DNA of 64,000 bases from an uncultured delta proteobacterium (GTDB lineage: Bacteria > Myxococcota > Myxococcia > SLRQ01), in the NCBI GenBank assembly GCA_963727485.1, contig CAVSGM010000002.1:1056001-1120000 (forward strand). Reading direction: 5' to 3'. How positions within the stretch are numbered: the stretch's first letter is position 1; every line of letters begins with the position of its first letter. This document shows, piece by piece, positions 33,769 to 42,414 of this stretch. The notes under the pieces are model-generated. The model ran no database searches. It was not told the origin of the DNA and saw only the letters and a program-made list of their open reading frames with translations. The translations under genes were made by a program, and so were the position numbers.

Positions 33769-35450
33769 GCCCTCTCCTCCACGGCCGCCGAGTGCCCGTT
33801 CCAGTCCTCGACGAGGTAGGTGTAGCCCTGCTCGGTGAGGAACCGCTGCCGGCGCAGGGCGAAGGTCTGGTCCGGGGTGTCCCGGGTCACCAGGGTGTAG
33901 AAGCGCGCCGGCCGATCGTCGGCCTTGGGCCGGAGGATGCGACCGAGGCGCTGGGCCTCCTCCTGGCGCGACCCGAAGAGGCCGCTGACCTGGATGAGGA
34001 CCGACGCGTCAGGGAGGTCCACGGAAAAGTTCGCCACGCGAGACACAACCAGGACCGGCACCTTCCCCTTCCGGAAACCTGCGAAGAGGACGTCGCGCTC
34101 GTCCTGGGGGGTCTCGCCGGTGAGCAGCGGGGCCTTGAGGCGCTTCGCCAGGCGCCGGAGCTGGTTGAGGTACTGGCCGATGACCAGGATCCGCTCCCCG
34201 GGGTTCTCCTCGATGAGGGTCTGGGCCACCCGGTCCTTGGCGGGGTTCTCCGCGGAGATGCGGTAGGGGTCCTGGCCGTGGGCGAGCATCACCCGGGTCT
34301 TGAGGTCGTCGGACGCCTCCACCCGGACCTCGAAGCACTCGGCGGTGGCCACGAAGCCCTGCTCCTCGAGGACCTTCCAGGGCAGCTCGTAGCGCCTCGG
34401 CCCGATGAGGCTGAAGACCTCGGTCTCCTTGCCGTCCTCGCGGACCAGGGTGGCGGTGAGCCCCAGGCGCCGGCGCGCCTGGAGGTCGGCGGTGGTGCGG
34501 AAGAGGGGCGCCGGGAGCAGGTGGACCTCGTCGTAGACGATGAGGCCCCAGTCCTCGCGGTTGAACAGGTCGCGGTGCCGGCCGCGGGTGGCGATCTGGT
34601 AGGTGGCCACGGTGATCGGCCGGACCTCCTTGCGCTGCCCCGAGTACTCGCCCACCGCCGCCTCGGGGAGGCTCGTCTTGTCGAGGACCTCGGCGATCCA
34701 CTGGCGCACCGCGGTGGTCCCGGTGGCGAGCACCAGGGTGTGCATCTTCAGGCGCGCCATGGTCGCCATCGCCACCACGGTCTTCCCGGCGCCGCAGGGG
34801 AGCACGATGACCCCGTGGCCGCCCATGGTCAGCTGCCCGTCGCTCCCCCCGGCCATGAACGCGTCCACCGCCTCCTGCTGGTAGGGCCGCAGGCCGAAGT
34901 CCCGACCGGAGCGGGTGCGTTCCCGCAGCTCGAGGTCGAGGAAGGCGCCGTCGGTGTAGCCGGCGAGGTCGACCACCGGGTAGCCGACACGGGCCAGCGC
35001 CTGCTTCACCGTGCCCCGGTCGGCGTCGGCCACCCGGTAGGTCCCGCCGCCGGCGGGCTCGAGGATCTCGGCGAGGGCCGAGTACCGGGCGAGGACCTTC
35101 TGCAGGCTCGGGTCCTCGACCACCAGGCGCAGCCCGTCGGCGTCGCGGTCGAGGAGGAGCCGACCCCAGCGGGAGATCTGGTCGTCGATCTCCGCGAGGA
35201 TCGGCTCGGGGATGCCGTAGCGGCCGTGGGTCTCGAGGGCCGCGCGGACGTCCCGGGCGGTGAAGCCGGCGGCGGCGGCGTTCCACAGGCTCACCCGGGT
35301 GATCCGGTAGGTGTGCAGGTGCTCCGGGGCCTTCTCCAGGTGCGCGAACGGCGCGAGCGCCTCCCGGCACGCCTGGTAGCCCGGCGCGTGGACGTCCACC
35401 AGCAGGGTGCCGTCCGACTGCACGATGAGCGCGCGATCCTCGGGGCGCAC
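33753..35450 (-). CDS. XPB/Rad25 family SF2 DNA helicase
   Basis: LIVQSDGTLL, PCGAGKT, DEVH, GLTATLVRED (RED motif), SRQEEAQRLGRILRPK. Confidence 0.93.
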   Translation of the reverse strand: MRPEDRALIVQSDGTLLVDVHAPGYQACREALAPFAHLEKAPEHLHTYRITRVSLWNAAAAGFTARDVRAALETHGRYGIPEPILAEIDDQISRWGRLLLDRDADGLRLVVEDPSLQKVLARYSALAEILEPAGGGTYRVADADRGTVKQALARVGYPVVDLAGYTDGAFLDLELRERTRSGRDFGLRPYQQEAVDAFMAGGSDGQLTMGGHGVIVLPCGAGKTVVAMATMARLKMHTLVLATGTTAVRQWIAEVLDKTSLPEAAVGEYSGQRKEVRPITVATYQIATRGRHRDLFNREDWGLIVYDEVHLLPAPLFRTTADLQARRRLGLTATLVREDGKETEVFSLIGPRRYELPWKVLEEQGFVATAECFEVRVEASDDLKTRVMLAHGQDPYRISAENPAKDRVAQTLIEENPGERILVIGQYLNQLRRLAKRLKAPLLTGETPQDERDVLFAGFRKGKVPVLVVSRVANFSVDLPDASVLIQVSGLFGSRQEEAQRLGRILRPKADDRPARFYTLVTRDTPDQTFALRRQRFLTEQGYTYLVEDWNGHSAAVEERACSAT

Positions 35451-35452
35451 CG

Positions 35453-37549
35453 TTACTCCTTGTCCTCCGCCGGCTGGTGCTCGGCGATGATCTTGTCCGC
35501 CACGTGGGCGGGCACCTCCTCATACCCGTGAAGGGCCCGGGTATGATGGCCCCGGCCCTGCGTCATCGCACGCAGGGTGGAGGCATACCGGTAGAGCTCG
35601 GCCTGGGGGATCACGGCCTGGATGATGGTCCGGTCTCCGGAGGTGTCCATTCCCAGGACCTTGCCCCGGCGCTGGTTGATGTCGCCCATCACGTCGCCGG
35701 TGGTGCTGGTGGGGCAGGTGACCTCGACCTTCATCACCGGCTCGAGGAGCACCGGCGCCGCCTCCAGGGCCGCGGCCTTGAAGGCCATGGACCCGGCGAC
35801 CTTGAAGGCCATGTCGCTGGAGTCCACCGAGTGGTAGCTGCCGTCGAAGCACTCGGCGCCGAAGTCGATGAGGGGGAAGCCGGCGAGGACGCCCCGGGCC
35901 GCGGCCTCCTGGATGCCCTTGTCCACCGAGGGCAGGAACTTCCCGGGGATGGCGCCGCCGACGATCTTGTCCACGAAGGCGTAGCCCTCGCCCCGGGCCC
36001 TCGGCTTGAGGCGCACGTGGCAGTCGCCGAACTGGCCCCGGCCGCCGGTCTGGCGCTTGAACCGCCCCTGGGCGGCGGCCTCCTTGCGGAGGGTCTCCCG
36101 GTAGTGGACGTGGGGCTGGAAGCTCTCGACCTCGATCCCGTGGCGCTCCTTGAGCTTCTCGAACTGCACCTCGAGGAAGAGCTCGCCGCCGCCGCGGACG
36201 ATGGTCTCGCCCATCTCGCCGTCGAACTCGCTGACGAAGGTGGGGTCCTCCTCGTGGAGGCGCACCAGCGCCGGCCCCAGCTTGTCGTCGTCGCCCCGGG
36301 TCTTGGCGCGGATGGCCAGCGCGCTCTCGGGGACGGGGAACGCCGGGGGATCGAGCTTGAGGGCCCCGGCGCCGGGGGCCACCAGGGTGTCGCCGGTGTG
36401 GGTCCCCTTGAGCCGGCCGACGACGCCGATGTCCCCGGCGGCGAGCCGGGGGACCTCGAAGCGGTCCTTGCCCTGGCTCACCGAGAGGTGGGCGAGCTTC
36501 TCGGTGACGCCGCGGCCGGGGTTGTCGACCTCGGCGCCGCTGTCCACCGACCCCCGCATCACCTTGAAGTAGGACAGCTCGCCCACGTGGGGCTCGCTGG
36601 TGGTCTTGAACACCAGGGCGGCGAAGGGGCCCTCGGGGTCCGCGGCCACCTCCACCATCTCCCCGCCCTCGGTGGCGACCTCCGGCGGGCGCTCGGCGGG
36701 GCTGGGGAAGAGCTCGACCATCTCCCGGAGCAGGGCCTGGGTGCCGTAGGTGAGCTCGGCGGCGCCGCAGAACAGCGGGAAGATCTCGCCGGCGTTCATC
36801 CCCCTCTTGAGGACGTCGACCTGCTCCTGCCGGGGGATCTCGTCGCCGGCGACGTACTCCTCGAGGACGTGCTCGTCGAGGGTGGCGATGGTCTCGAGGA
36901 GCTCGGTGTGCCACTTCTCGTACACCGGCTGGAGGTCGCCGGGGATCTCCTGCTCGTCGTACTCGCCGGTGACGGTGCCCTTCTTGTAGGCGTGCATCTT
37001 CCCGCTGAACAGGTTGATGATCCCGTGGAAGTCGTCGCCGTTGCCCACCGGGATCTCCACCGGCACCACCTTGTCGGTGAGCCGGTCCTTGACCGACTGG
37101 TAGGCGCGGTCGAAGTCGGCGGTCTCCTTGTCGAGCATGGAGACGAAGAGCATCCTTGGGAGGCCCCGGTCGGCGGCGGCCCGCCACAGGGTCTCGGTGC
37201 CCACCTCGACGCCGCTGGTCCCGCCCACCACCACCAGGGCGGCGTCGGCGACCCGGATGGCGGCGGTGGCCTCGCTGGCGAAGTCGAGGTACCCCGGGGT
37301 GTCGAGGAGGTTGACCTTGGTGTCCTGGGTCTCGGCGAAGGCCGGGGTGCAGTACATGGAGATGCCGTGGGCCTTCTCCTCGGGGCGGAAGAAGGTCAGG
37401 GCGGCGCCGTCGGCGACCTTGCCGTGGCGCTTGCTCGCACCGGACACGAAGCAGAGGGCGTCGACGAGGCTCGTCTTGCCGCTGCCACCGTGTCCGAGGA
37501 CGACGACGTTGCGAAGGTTCTTTGTGGTGTAGGCCTTGGCCTGGGTCAT
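35453..37549 (-). CDS. fusA: Elongation factor G paralogue (EF-G2-like)
   Basis: GHGGSGKTSL, DTPGYLDF, KRQTGGRGQFG, SYHSVDSSDMAF, LLEPVM; divergent switch I (HGISM) and G4 (SMLD). Confidence 0.9.
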   Translation of the reverse strand: MTQAKAYTTKNLRNVVVLGHGGSGKTSLVDALCFVSGASKRHGKVADGAALTFFRPEEKAHGISMYCTPAFAETQDTKVNLLDTPGYLDFASEATAAIRVADAALVVVGGTSGVEVGTETLWRAAADRGLPRMLFVSMLDKETADFDRAYQSVKDRLTDKVVPVEIPVGNGDDFHGIINLFSGKMHAYKKGTVTGEYDEQEIPGDLQPVYEKWHTELLETIATLDEHVLEEYVAGDEIPRQEQVDVLKRGMNAGEIFPLFCGAAELTYGTQALLREMVELFPSPAERPPEVATEGGEMVEVAADPEGPFAALVFKTTSEPHVGELSYFKVMRGSVDSGAEVDNPGRGVTEKLAHLSVSQGKDRFEVPRLAAGDIGVVGRLKGTHTGDTLVAPGAGALKLDPPAFPVPESALAIRAKTRGDDDKLGPALVRLHEEDPTFVSEFDGEMGETIVRGGGELFLEVQFEKLKERHGIEVESFQPHVHYRETLRKEAAAQGRFKRQTGGRGQFGDCHVRLKPRARGEGYAFVDKIVGGAIPGKFLPSVDKGIQEAAARGVLAGFPLIDFGAECFDGSYHSVDSSDMAFKVAGSMAFKAAALEAAPVLLEPVMKVEVTCPTSTTGDVMGDINQRRGKVLGMDTSGDRTIIQAVIPQAELYRYASTLRAMTQGRGHHTRALHGYEEVPAHVADKIIAEHQPAEDKE

Positions 37550-37704
37550 GGGGGGTCTCCCGTCGAGGGGGTCTGGGGTACCGCCTAGACGACTCGTCCA
37601 AACGCTTGAGTCTAGGGACCGGGGCCGGGGGTCACAAGGCGCCCGGGGGCGTCTTTCGCGGCTTTTGCGCGCGGCGCGGGCCGGGCCTGCGCTAGGCTCT
37701 CCGC

Positions 37705-38109
37705 ATGGCTGCCGACGACCTCCCCCCGGACCTCACCCTGGGTCCCTTCGCCGCCCAGGTCGGGCTCACCGTCGACCTCGAGCCCGACGGCCGCCCGGTG
37801 CTGCGCCTCGAGCTCGGCCCCGAGCACCGGAACCTCGCCGGGGTCGCCCACGGGGGGGCGATCTTCACCCTCGGGGACACGGCCATGGGCGCCGCCCTCC
37901 ACCTGCTGGACAACCCCGATCACGAGATCTTCCTGTCCACCGACGTCCACATCCGGTTCCTCCGGGCCGGGGCGGCCGAGACCCTGGTGGCCCGGCCGCG
38001 GATCGAGGCGAGGACCCGCAGCACCCGGGTGCTCACCTGCCGGGTCGAGCGCGAGCCCGGGGGCGAGGTGGTGGCGCTCCTGACCGGCCACTTCCGCCGG
38101 CGGGGGTGA
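37705..38109 (+). CDS. PaaI family thioesterase
   Basis: HRNLAGVAHGGAIFTLGDTAMG, IRFLRA. Confidence 0.88.
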   Translation: MAADDLPPDLTLGPFAAQVGLTVDLEPDGRPVLRLELGPEHRNLAGVAHGGAIFTLGDTAMGAALHLLDNPDHEIFLSTDVHIRFLRAGAAETLVARPRIEARTRSTRVLTCRVEREPGGEVVALLTGHFRRRG

Positions 38110-38170
38110 GAGCCGCGGGCCGCGCCCGGGGCCCTGCCGGCGACCGGTCCGGCCGGGCTGCATCCTCTTC

Positions 38171-38200
38171 TTGACGGGCGCCGGGGGCCGCGCTTACTCT
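38171..38200 (+). promoter_or_regulatory. sigma70 promoter of tRNA-Phe
   Basis: TTGACG-18 nt-TACTCT followed by a GC-rich discriminator, 40 nt before the tRNA. Confidence 0.6.
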
Positions 38201-38240
38201 CCGCCCCCTCGCCGGGCCAGACGGCCCGCCGGGATCGCGT

Positions 38241-38313
38241 GCCCAGGTAGCTCAGTTGGTAGAGCAGGGGATTGAAAATCCCCGTGTCGGTGGTTCGATT
38301 CCGCCCCTGGGCA
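38241..38313 (+). tRNA. tRNA-Phe (GAA)
   Basis: GCCCAGG/CCTGGGC acceptor stem, D-arm GCTCAGTTGGTAGAGC, anticodon arm GGGGA-TTGAAAA-TCCCC, T-loop GGTTCGATTCC; followed by CC then T. Confidence 0.97.
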
Positions 38314-38611
38314 CCTTTTTTCTTGCCTGATATGCCCTTCGGGGCGATCGGCTCTCGGGCTTGCCCCCCACCTCTCGGCCGGGCTGGCGGCTCGGCTGGT
38401 CCTCTTGGTCCTCGGGCTGGAGCCGACCATGGAGTGCCACATCGGGACACACCGGCGGCCACCGCCCCGGATCTCACCTTGGGCAATGGCCCGGCATGTG
38501 CCACAAATGGATCCCGTAGGGCCACACTCCTCCTGCGATGGGGCGGCGTGCGGCTTAGGGACCCGGCAGGTTGAGGACCCCGGCTGGGACGGCCTTCGGA
38601 GGGAGGATTCG

Positions 38612-39034
38612 ATGAACCGAGCGACGCTCGTGGCGATGGTGTTGATGGTCGGTGGCTGTCTTCCAACCCACCTGACCTACGAGGTTCGATCCACATCTCC
38701 AATCCGAACGGCAAGGGCGTCTGGATGGTGGTGGACCTGGACAGGGTGCAGCGGCAGCCAGACGGCAGCGACATCGTCGTGGCCGCGACGGGCTACCGGC
38801 TCTACCACTGCAAGGTCGTCGCCTTCGGCAACCTCGGTGACTGCTACCGAGATCGACATGGGCTGGCTCACTGGCGCCGGCGCGCCCAAGCCGGCCGGGC
38901 CCCCGCCAGGCGGCCACATGAGCCCCGAGGACTGCAACAAGCTCTGGGCGCTGGCGAACTCACTGAAGGGCTCGTCTGCGCAGGGCAAGGTCCTGTCGCA
39001 GGCTCTGCGAGAGTGCCCGAAGGCCAAGAAGTGA
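38612..39034 (+). CDS. Small lipoprotein (probably two compensating indels)
   Basis: [24 protein letters not shown] lipobox; the middle reads better in the alternative frame ([11 protein letters not shown]...YRLYHC). Confidence 0.5.
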   Translation: MNRATLVAMVLMVGGCLPTHLTYEVRSTSPIRTARASGWWWTWTGCSGSQTAATSSWPRRATGSTTARSSPSATSVTATEIDMGWLTGAGAPKPAGPPPGGHMSPEDCNKLWALANSLKGSSAQGKVLSQALRECPKAKK

Positions 39035-39051
39035 GCGCCCAGGGGGCAGCC

Positions 39052-39852
39052 ATGAAGAAGTGCCCGTTCTGCGCTGAGGAGATCCAAGACGAGGCCATCG
39101 TCTGCAAGCACTGCGGCAGGGACCTCCCAGGTGAGCCCAAGCCAGCCGAGGAGCCGGGCCCGACCTACACCGTGGAGATCAACGGCAGGCGGTACAAATG
39201 CCCGCTCGAGACCCTTCAGGCCTGGGCCCGGGACGGCCGGGTAACCCGTAGCACTTTCGTCTGGAAGCCGGGCATGCAGCACTTCGTCGTGGCCCGGAAC
39301 GTCCCCGAGCTCGCGGCGGCTCTGCCCAAGGACAACACTGGCGACTTCATGTGGATCGGGCTCGTGGTGCTTGGGCTCGTCGTCTGGGCACCGATCTCGT
39401 ACTTCATGGGGTACCTCGTGCTGCTGGTGGCGGGGCCGTTTCTGATTGTCGGTCTCGTGTTCGGTGTATCCGCGATCCGGGGCAAGGGTTACTCGCGCGT
39501 CGCGATAACCTTCGCGTTGGCCGGTGCTGTAGGTATGGGACTTGGTGTTGCAGGCGGACCACCCACCCAGAATGCACCTGCCCAGCCGCCGGCCGTGGTG
39601 GCTCGGTGCGGGGAGCCCCCAGCCGAGAACCTCCACGGCACCTACTTCGTGGTCGACGACTACTTGGCGCAGCATCTGAACGACCCGGACAGCTACGACC
39701 CCATCAACTGCTCTCCACCGGTAGCCACCAAGGCTTGCTACCTGACGACGTGTCGCTTCCGAGCCAAGAACGGCTTTGGAGCGAAGATCGTTCAGACCTT
39801 CAGCTTCACCATCGACCACGGGAAGGTGACGTCGGCCGTGCCGCTGCAGTAG
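39052..39852 (+). CDS. Zinc-ribbon + GYF_2-like membrane protein
   Basis: [53 protein letters not shown] helices; [16 protein letters not shown]. Confidence 0.75.
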   Translation: MKKCPFCAEEIQDEAIVCKHCGRDLPGEPKPAEEPGPTYTVEINGRRYKCPLETLQAWARDGRVTRSTFVWKPGMQHFVVARNVPELAAALPKDNTGDFMWIGLVVLGLVVWAPISYFMGYLVLLVAGPFLIVGLVFGVSAIRGKGYSRVAITFALAGAVGMGLGVAGGPPTQNAPAQPPAVVARCGEPPAENLHGTYFVVDDYLAQHLNDPDSYDPINCSPPVATKACYLTTCRFRAKNGFGAKIVQTFSFTIDHGKVTSAVPLQ

Positions 39853-39905
39853 CGGCTGCCGTCAGTCCGCACCGCACCGCGCCGTCAGCGCCGCCGGTGG
39901 TTCAG

Positions 39906-40125
39906 ATGGGACACGCGATCCTAGCCCTGGCGCCCCTTCCTCGCGCTGCTCGCGGGGTGCGGCACGGCGCCAGGCGGTGGCAGCAACGGCGGCGGCTCCG
40001 ATGGTGGTGCGACCGACGCTGGGCCCCCTGCCGTCGGCGCGACGTGCACGTCCGGCGCCTGGTGCCTCGGTGACGGCGGGGCACTGGACGGCGAGTCCAC
40101 GGGCGCCTGCCTCGACCGCTCTTGC
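39906..40125 (+). pseudogene. Truncated Cys-rich lipoprotein N-terminus
   Basis: MGHAILALAP/FLALLAGC (one indel), then GGSDGGATDAGPPAVGATCTSGAWC, running into the IS-like segment. Confidence 0.4.
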
Positions 40126-40230
40126 CGGGACAAGGCCATCCGCAAGGGCTTGGCAGACCGGGCTCGGATGCTCCTCCTGAGCGCAGACGGGCTGCCGGTA
40201 AGTAAGACCGCGTGGCGCGTCGGCGTCTCC
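40126..40230 (+). mobile_element. IS630-like transposase N-terminal HTH fragment
   Basis: IRKGLADRARMLLLSADGLPVSKTAWRVGVS resembles the IS630 RARxxLLxxxG....IA..xGVS pattern; no DDE domain follows. Confidence 0.55.
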
Positions 40231-40269
40231 GCGATCAGGGACGTCATCACTGTATCCTCGAACCGGCCT

Positions 40270-40866
40270 ATGCACACGATGCCATCGAATCCAGAGGACA
40301 TCTACACCCTAGCCCAGTCCCTCGAGGCAGGCGGTGTCAGCGCGACCGTCAGCGCCCTTCTCGTCTGGGCATGGGAGAGCCTAGAGTCGCTTCGCTATCT
40401 TCTCGAAATTGACGCGCATGTGGTGGAGCTGAATGGGGAGGTTGGTGGGTGGCCGAGGCGCATCGTCGAAGTCGCCCATGCCCGCTGGGGTCTTGTGAGT
40501 GCCGTGACGGCCGTTGATCAATGTGCGGCGGCGGCCGGCCGAGCCTACTGCCCACCGCTGTCAAACGGACGGGAGGACGACATTGCATCGCTCCTCCGTC
40601 CCAAGAGGGCCGAGCACCTCCCAGCGGACCTACACGGGTGGGCTCTCGAGAGCCAATCTACGATGGCGAAGGTGGTCCGTTTTCGAGATGCGTTGGTTCA
40701 CCGTCGGCTGGGAAGGCATTTCGGGCCCCCTCGGGTCTCCGTGGCGGACCTCGAATGGCTTGAAGCCTACCGAGTGGATGCGCTTCTCGGCCTTGCTCTG
40801 GAGCGGTCCGGTTCGTGCGTTCGCGCCATGATCGCACTTGCCAAGGCTGGCCGGCTCCGCACCTAA
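40270..40866 (+). CDS. Hypothetical protein with HEPN-like Rx4H motif
   Basis: Helical ~198-aa protein with FRDALVHR (R-x4-H) at 40684-40701. Confidence 0.5.
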   Translation: MHTMPSNPEDIYTLAQSLEAGGVSATVSALLVWAWESLESLRYLLEIDAHVVELNGEVGGWPRRIVEVAHARWGLVSAVTAVDQCAAAAGRAYCPPLSNGREDDIASLLRPKRAEHLPADLHGWALESQSTMAKVVRFRDALVHRRLGRHFGPPRVSVADLEWLEAYRVDALLGLALERSGSCVRAMIALAKAGRLRT

Positions 40867-41052
40867 ATCACTTCGACCTCGCCATCGTTTGGTGGCGCCG
40901 TGGGAGCTGAGGCGGTCCGGTCCATACGGCCGCCGGCGGACGAAGCCTTCCGGAGTCGGCGCCTGGTCTTGCCAGTGTGTGCGTACCGTCCTGATCGACG
41001 GGAGACCGGTTCGAGGTCTCAAGTGACCGGCTAGCTGGCCGATTCGCCAGGC

Positions 41053-42414
41053 ATGGCCCTCCCCCGGTCCCAGCCCAGCACCCGCCCCGGCCCGCCCCCG
41101 ATCCCGCCCGAGGCGGCCGTGGCCGCCGGCCCCGACCCTGCGGTGGTGCGCCTGCGGATGCGCCTCCAGGGGGTCCTCGACGCCCTGACCATCCTCGGGC
41201 GGGTGGCCCCGGAGGACGACCTCCTCGGGCCCATCCGCATGGCCTGCGAGGCCCTGGTCCCGGAGGTCGCCGATCCCGGGGCCGAGGTGGTGCCGATGTT
41301 CCGGCGGCCGCTGCCCGACGACCTCGAGGGCTTCGAGCGGGACCTGGGGCGGGTGGAGCAGGCGATCCTCGCCGCCGACGCCGCGGTCCCGATGCTCCTG
41401 TTCCGCAAGCGCTTCGACGCCCGGGACCTCCCGCGCCCGGCCCTGGCCCGCTACGCGGCGCTCCTGGCCGCCAACCTCGGCACCGACGCCGAGCGCCGGG
41501 ACCGGGTGGAGATGCTGGTGACGCGGATGGTCACCGTGGAGACCCCGGGGGGCCTGGTGCGCCTCGAGGACCGGAGCCGGGTGTGGTCGCTCTTGCGCCA
41601 GGTCACCGGCTCCCGGCAGATGGCCCCCGAGGACCGCGACAAGGTGCTCGGCTTCCTCACCGAGCAGGGTGAGCGCCTCTCGCACTTCGAGAGCACCGAG
41701 GCCCTCTTCCAGGAGGGCTTCTACGCCAACGTCTACGGCTACAAGCTGGCGCTCCGGGAGCGGATGCTCGACCCCCAGGTGCTCTACGCCATCGCCTGGC
41801 TCAACGCGGCGATCACCAACTTCAACCGCCTGCGCGCCCCGGAGTCGGAGGCGGCGATCCACGCCCGGGCCAAGGCGGTGCGCCAGGAGGTCCACGGGGT
41901 CTTCCACCTCGGCCGCAACCTGGAGCAGGCGGCGACCACCCAGCGCTTCGAGGTCTTCCGCGACCAGGCCCGGGCCCAGGCGCGGGTGCAGGTCGTCAGC
42001 GCCAAGGGGGGCGGGCTCTCCGCGGCGCGCCCCCGCCACCGGGCCCGGCTCCAGGAGGTCGAGGTCCCCTGGCGCCGGGTGGCCCAGGTCCTGGCGGTGG
42101 TCCTCGTCGTCTTCGGCGGCGCCCGGGTGATCCGCCAGTGGCAGACCACCCACCGCTACGAGCAGATCACCGAGGACCAGGCCCGGTCCCTGGCGCCGTG
42201 GATCGAGGATGCCTCCCGGGACCCGGGCGACGGCACCCTCCTGGGCGAGGTGGATCCGGCGCTGTGGCAGGCGCTCTCCCCGGTTGCGCGCAAGCTGGCC
42301 GCCGACGCCCTCGCCCGCGACCTCTCCGCCGGCGGCACCCTCGCCGTGCTGCTGACCTCAGATGGGCACCCGGTGATCCAGATCGACCGGGGCCAGGTGG
42401 TGTACGTCCAATGA
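41053..42414 (+). CDS. Hypothetical membrane protein (single TM near the C-terminus)
   Basis: Host-like codon usage; TM VAQVLAVVLVVFGGA; ATGA overlap with the pilin gene. Confidence 0.65.
   Translation: MALPRSQPSTRPGPPPIPPEAAVAAGPDPAVVRLRMRLQGVLDALTILGRVAPEDDLLGPIRMACEALVPEVADPGAEVVPMFRRPLPDDLEGFERDLGRVEQAILAADAAVPMLLFRKRFDARDLPRPALARYAALLAANLGTDAERRDRVEMLVTRMVTVETPGGLVRLEDRSRVWSLLRQVTGSRQMAPEDRDKVLGFLTEQGERLSHFESTEALFQEGFYANVYGYKLALRERMLDPQVLYAIAWLNAAITNFNRLRAPESEAAIHARAKAVRQEVHGVFHLGRNLEQAATTQRFEVFRDQARAQARVQVVSAKGGGLSAARPRHRARLQEVEVPWRRVAQVLAVVLVVFGGARVIRQWQTTHRYEQITEDQARSLAPWIEDASRDPGDGTLLGEVDPALWQALSPVARKLAADALARDLSAGGTLAVLLTSDGHPVIQIDRGQVVYVQ

Larger units (their letters stand above)
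38316..41030. mobile_element. Lower-GC genomic islet downstream of tRNA-Phe (no integrase)
   Basis: Visibly more A/T-ending codons than the flanks; hypothetical ORFs plus an IS fragment; boundaries approximate. Confidence 0.5.

Noticed and set aside
41000..41052. attR copy of the tRNA-Phe 3' end (GAGACC-GGTTCGA-GGTCTC hairpin, GATTCGCCAGGCA)
   Set aside because: Similarity is too short and gapped to call a direct repeat.
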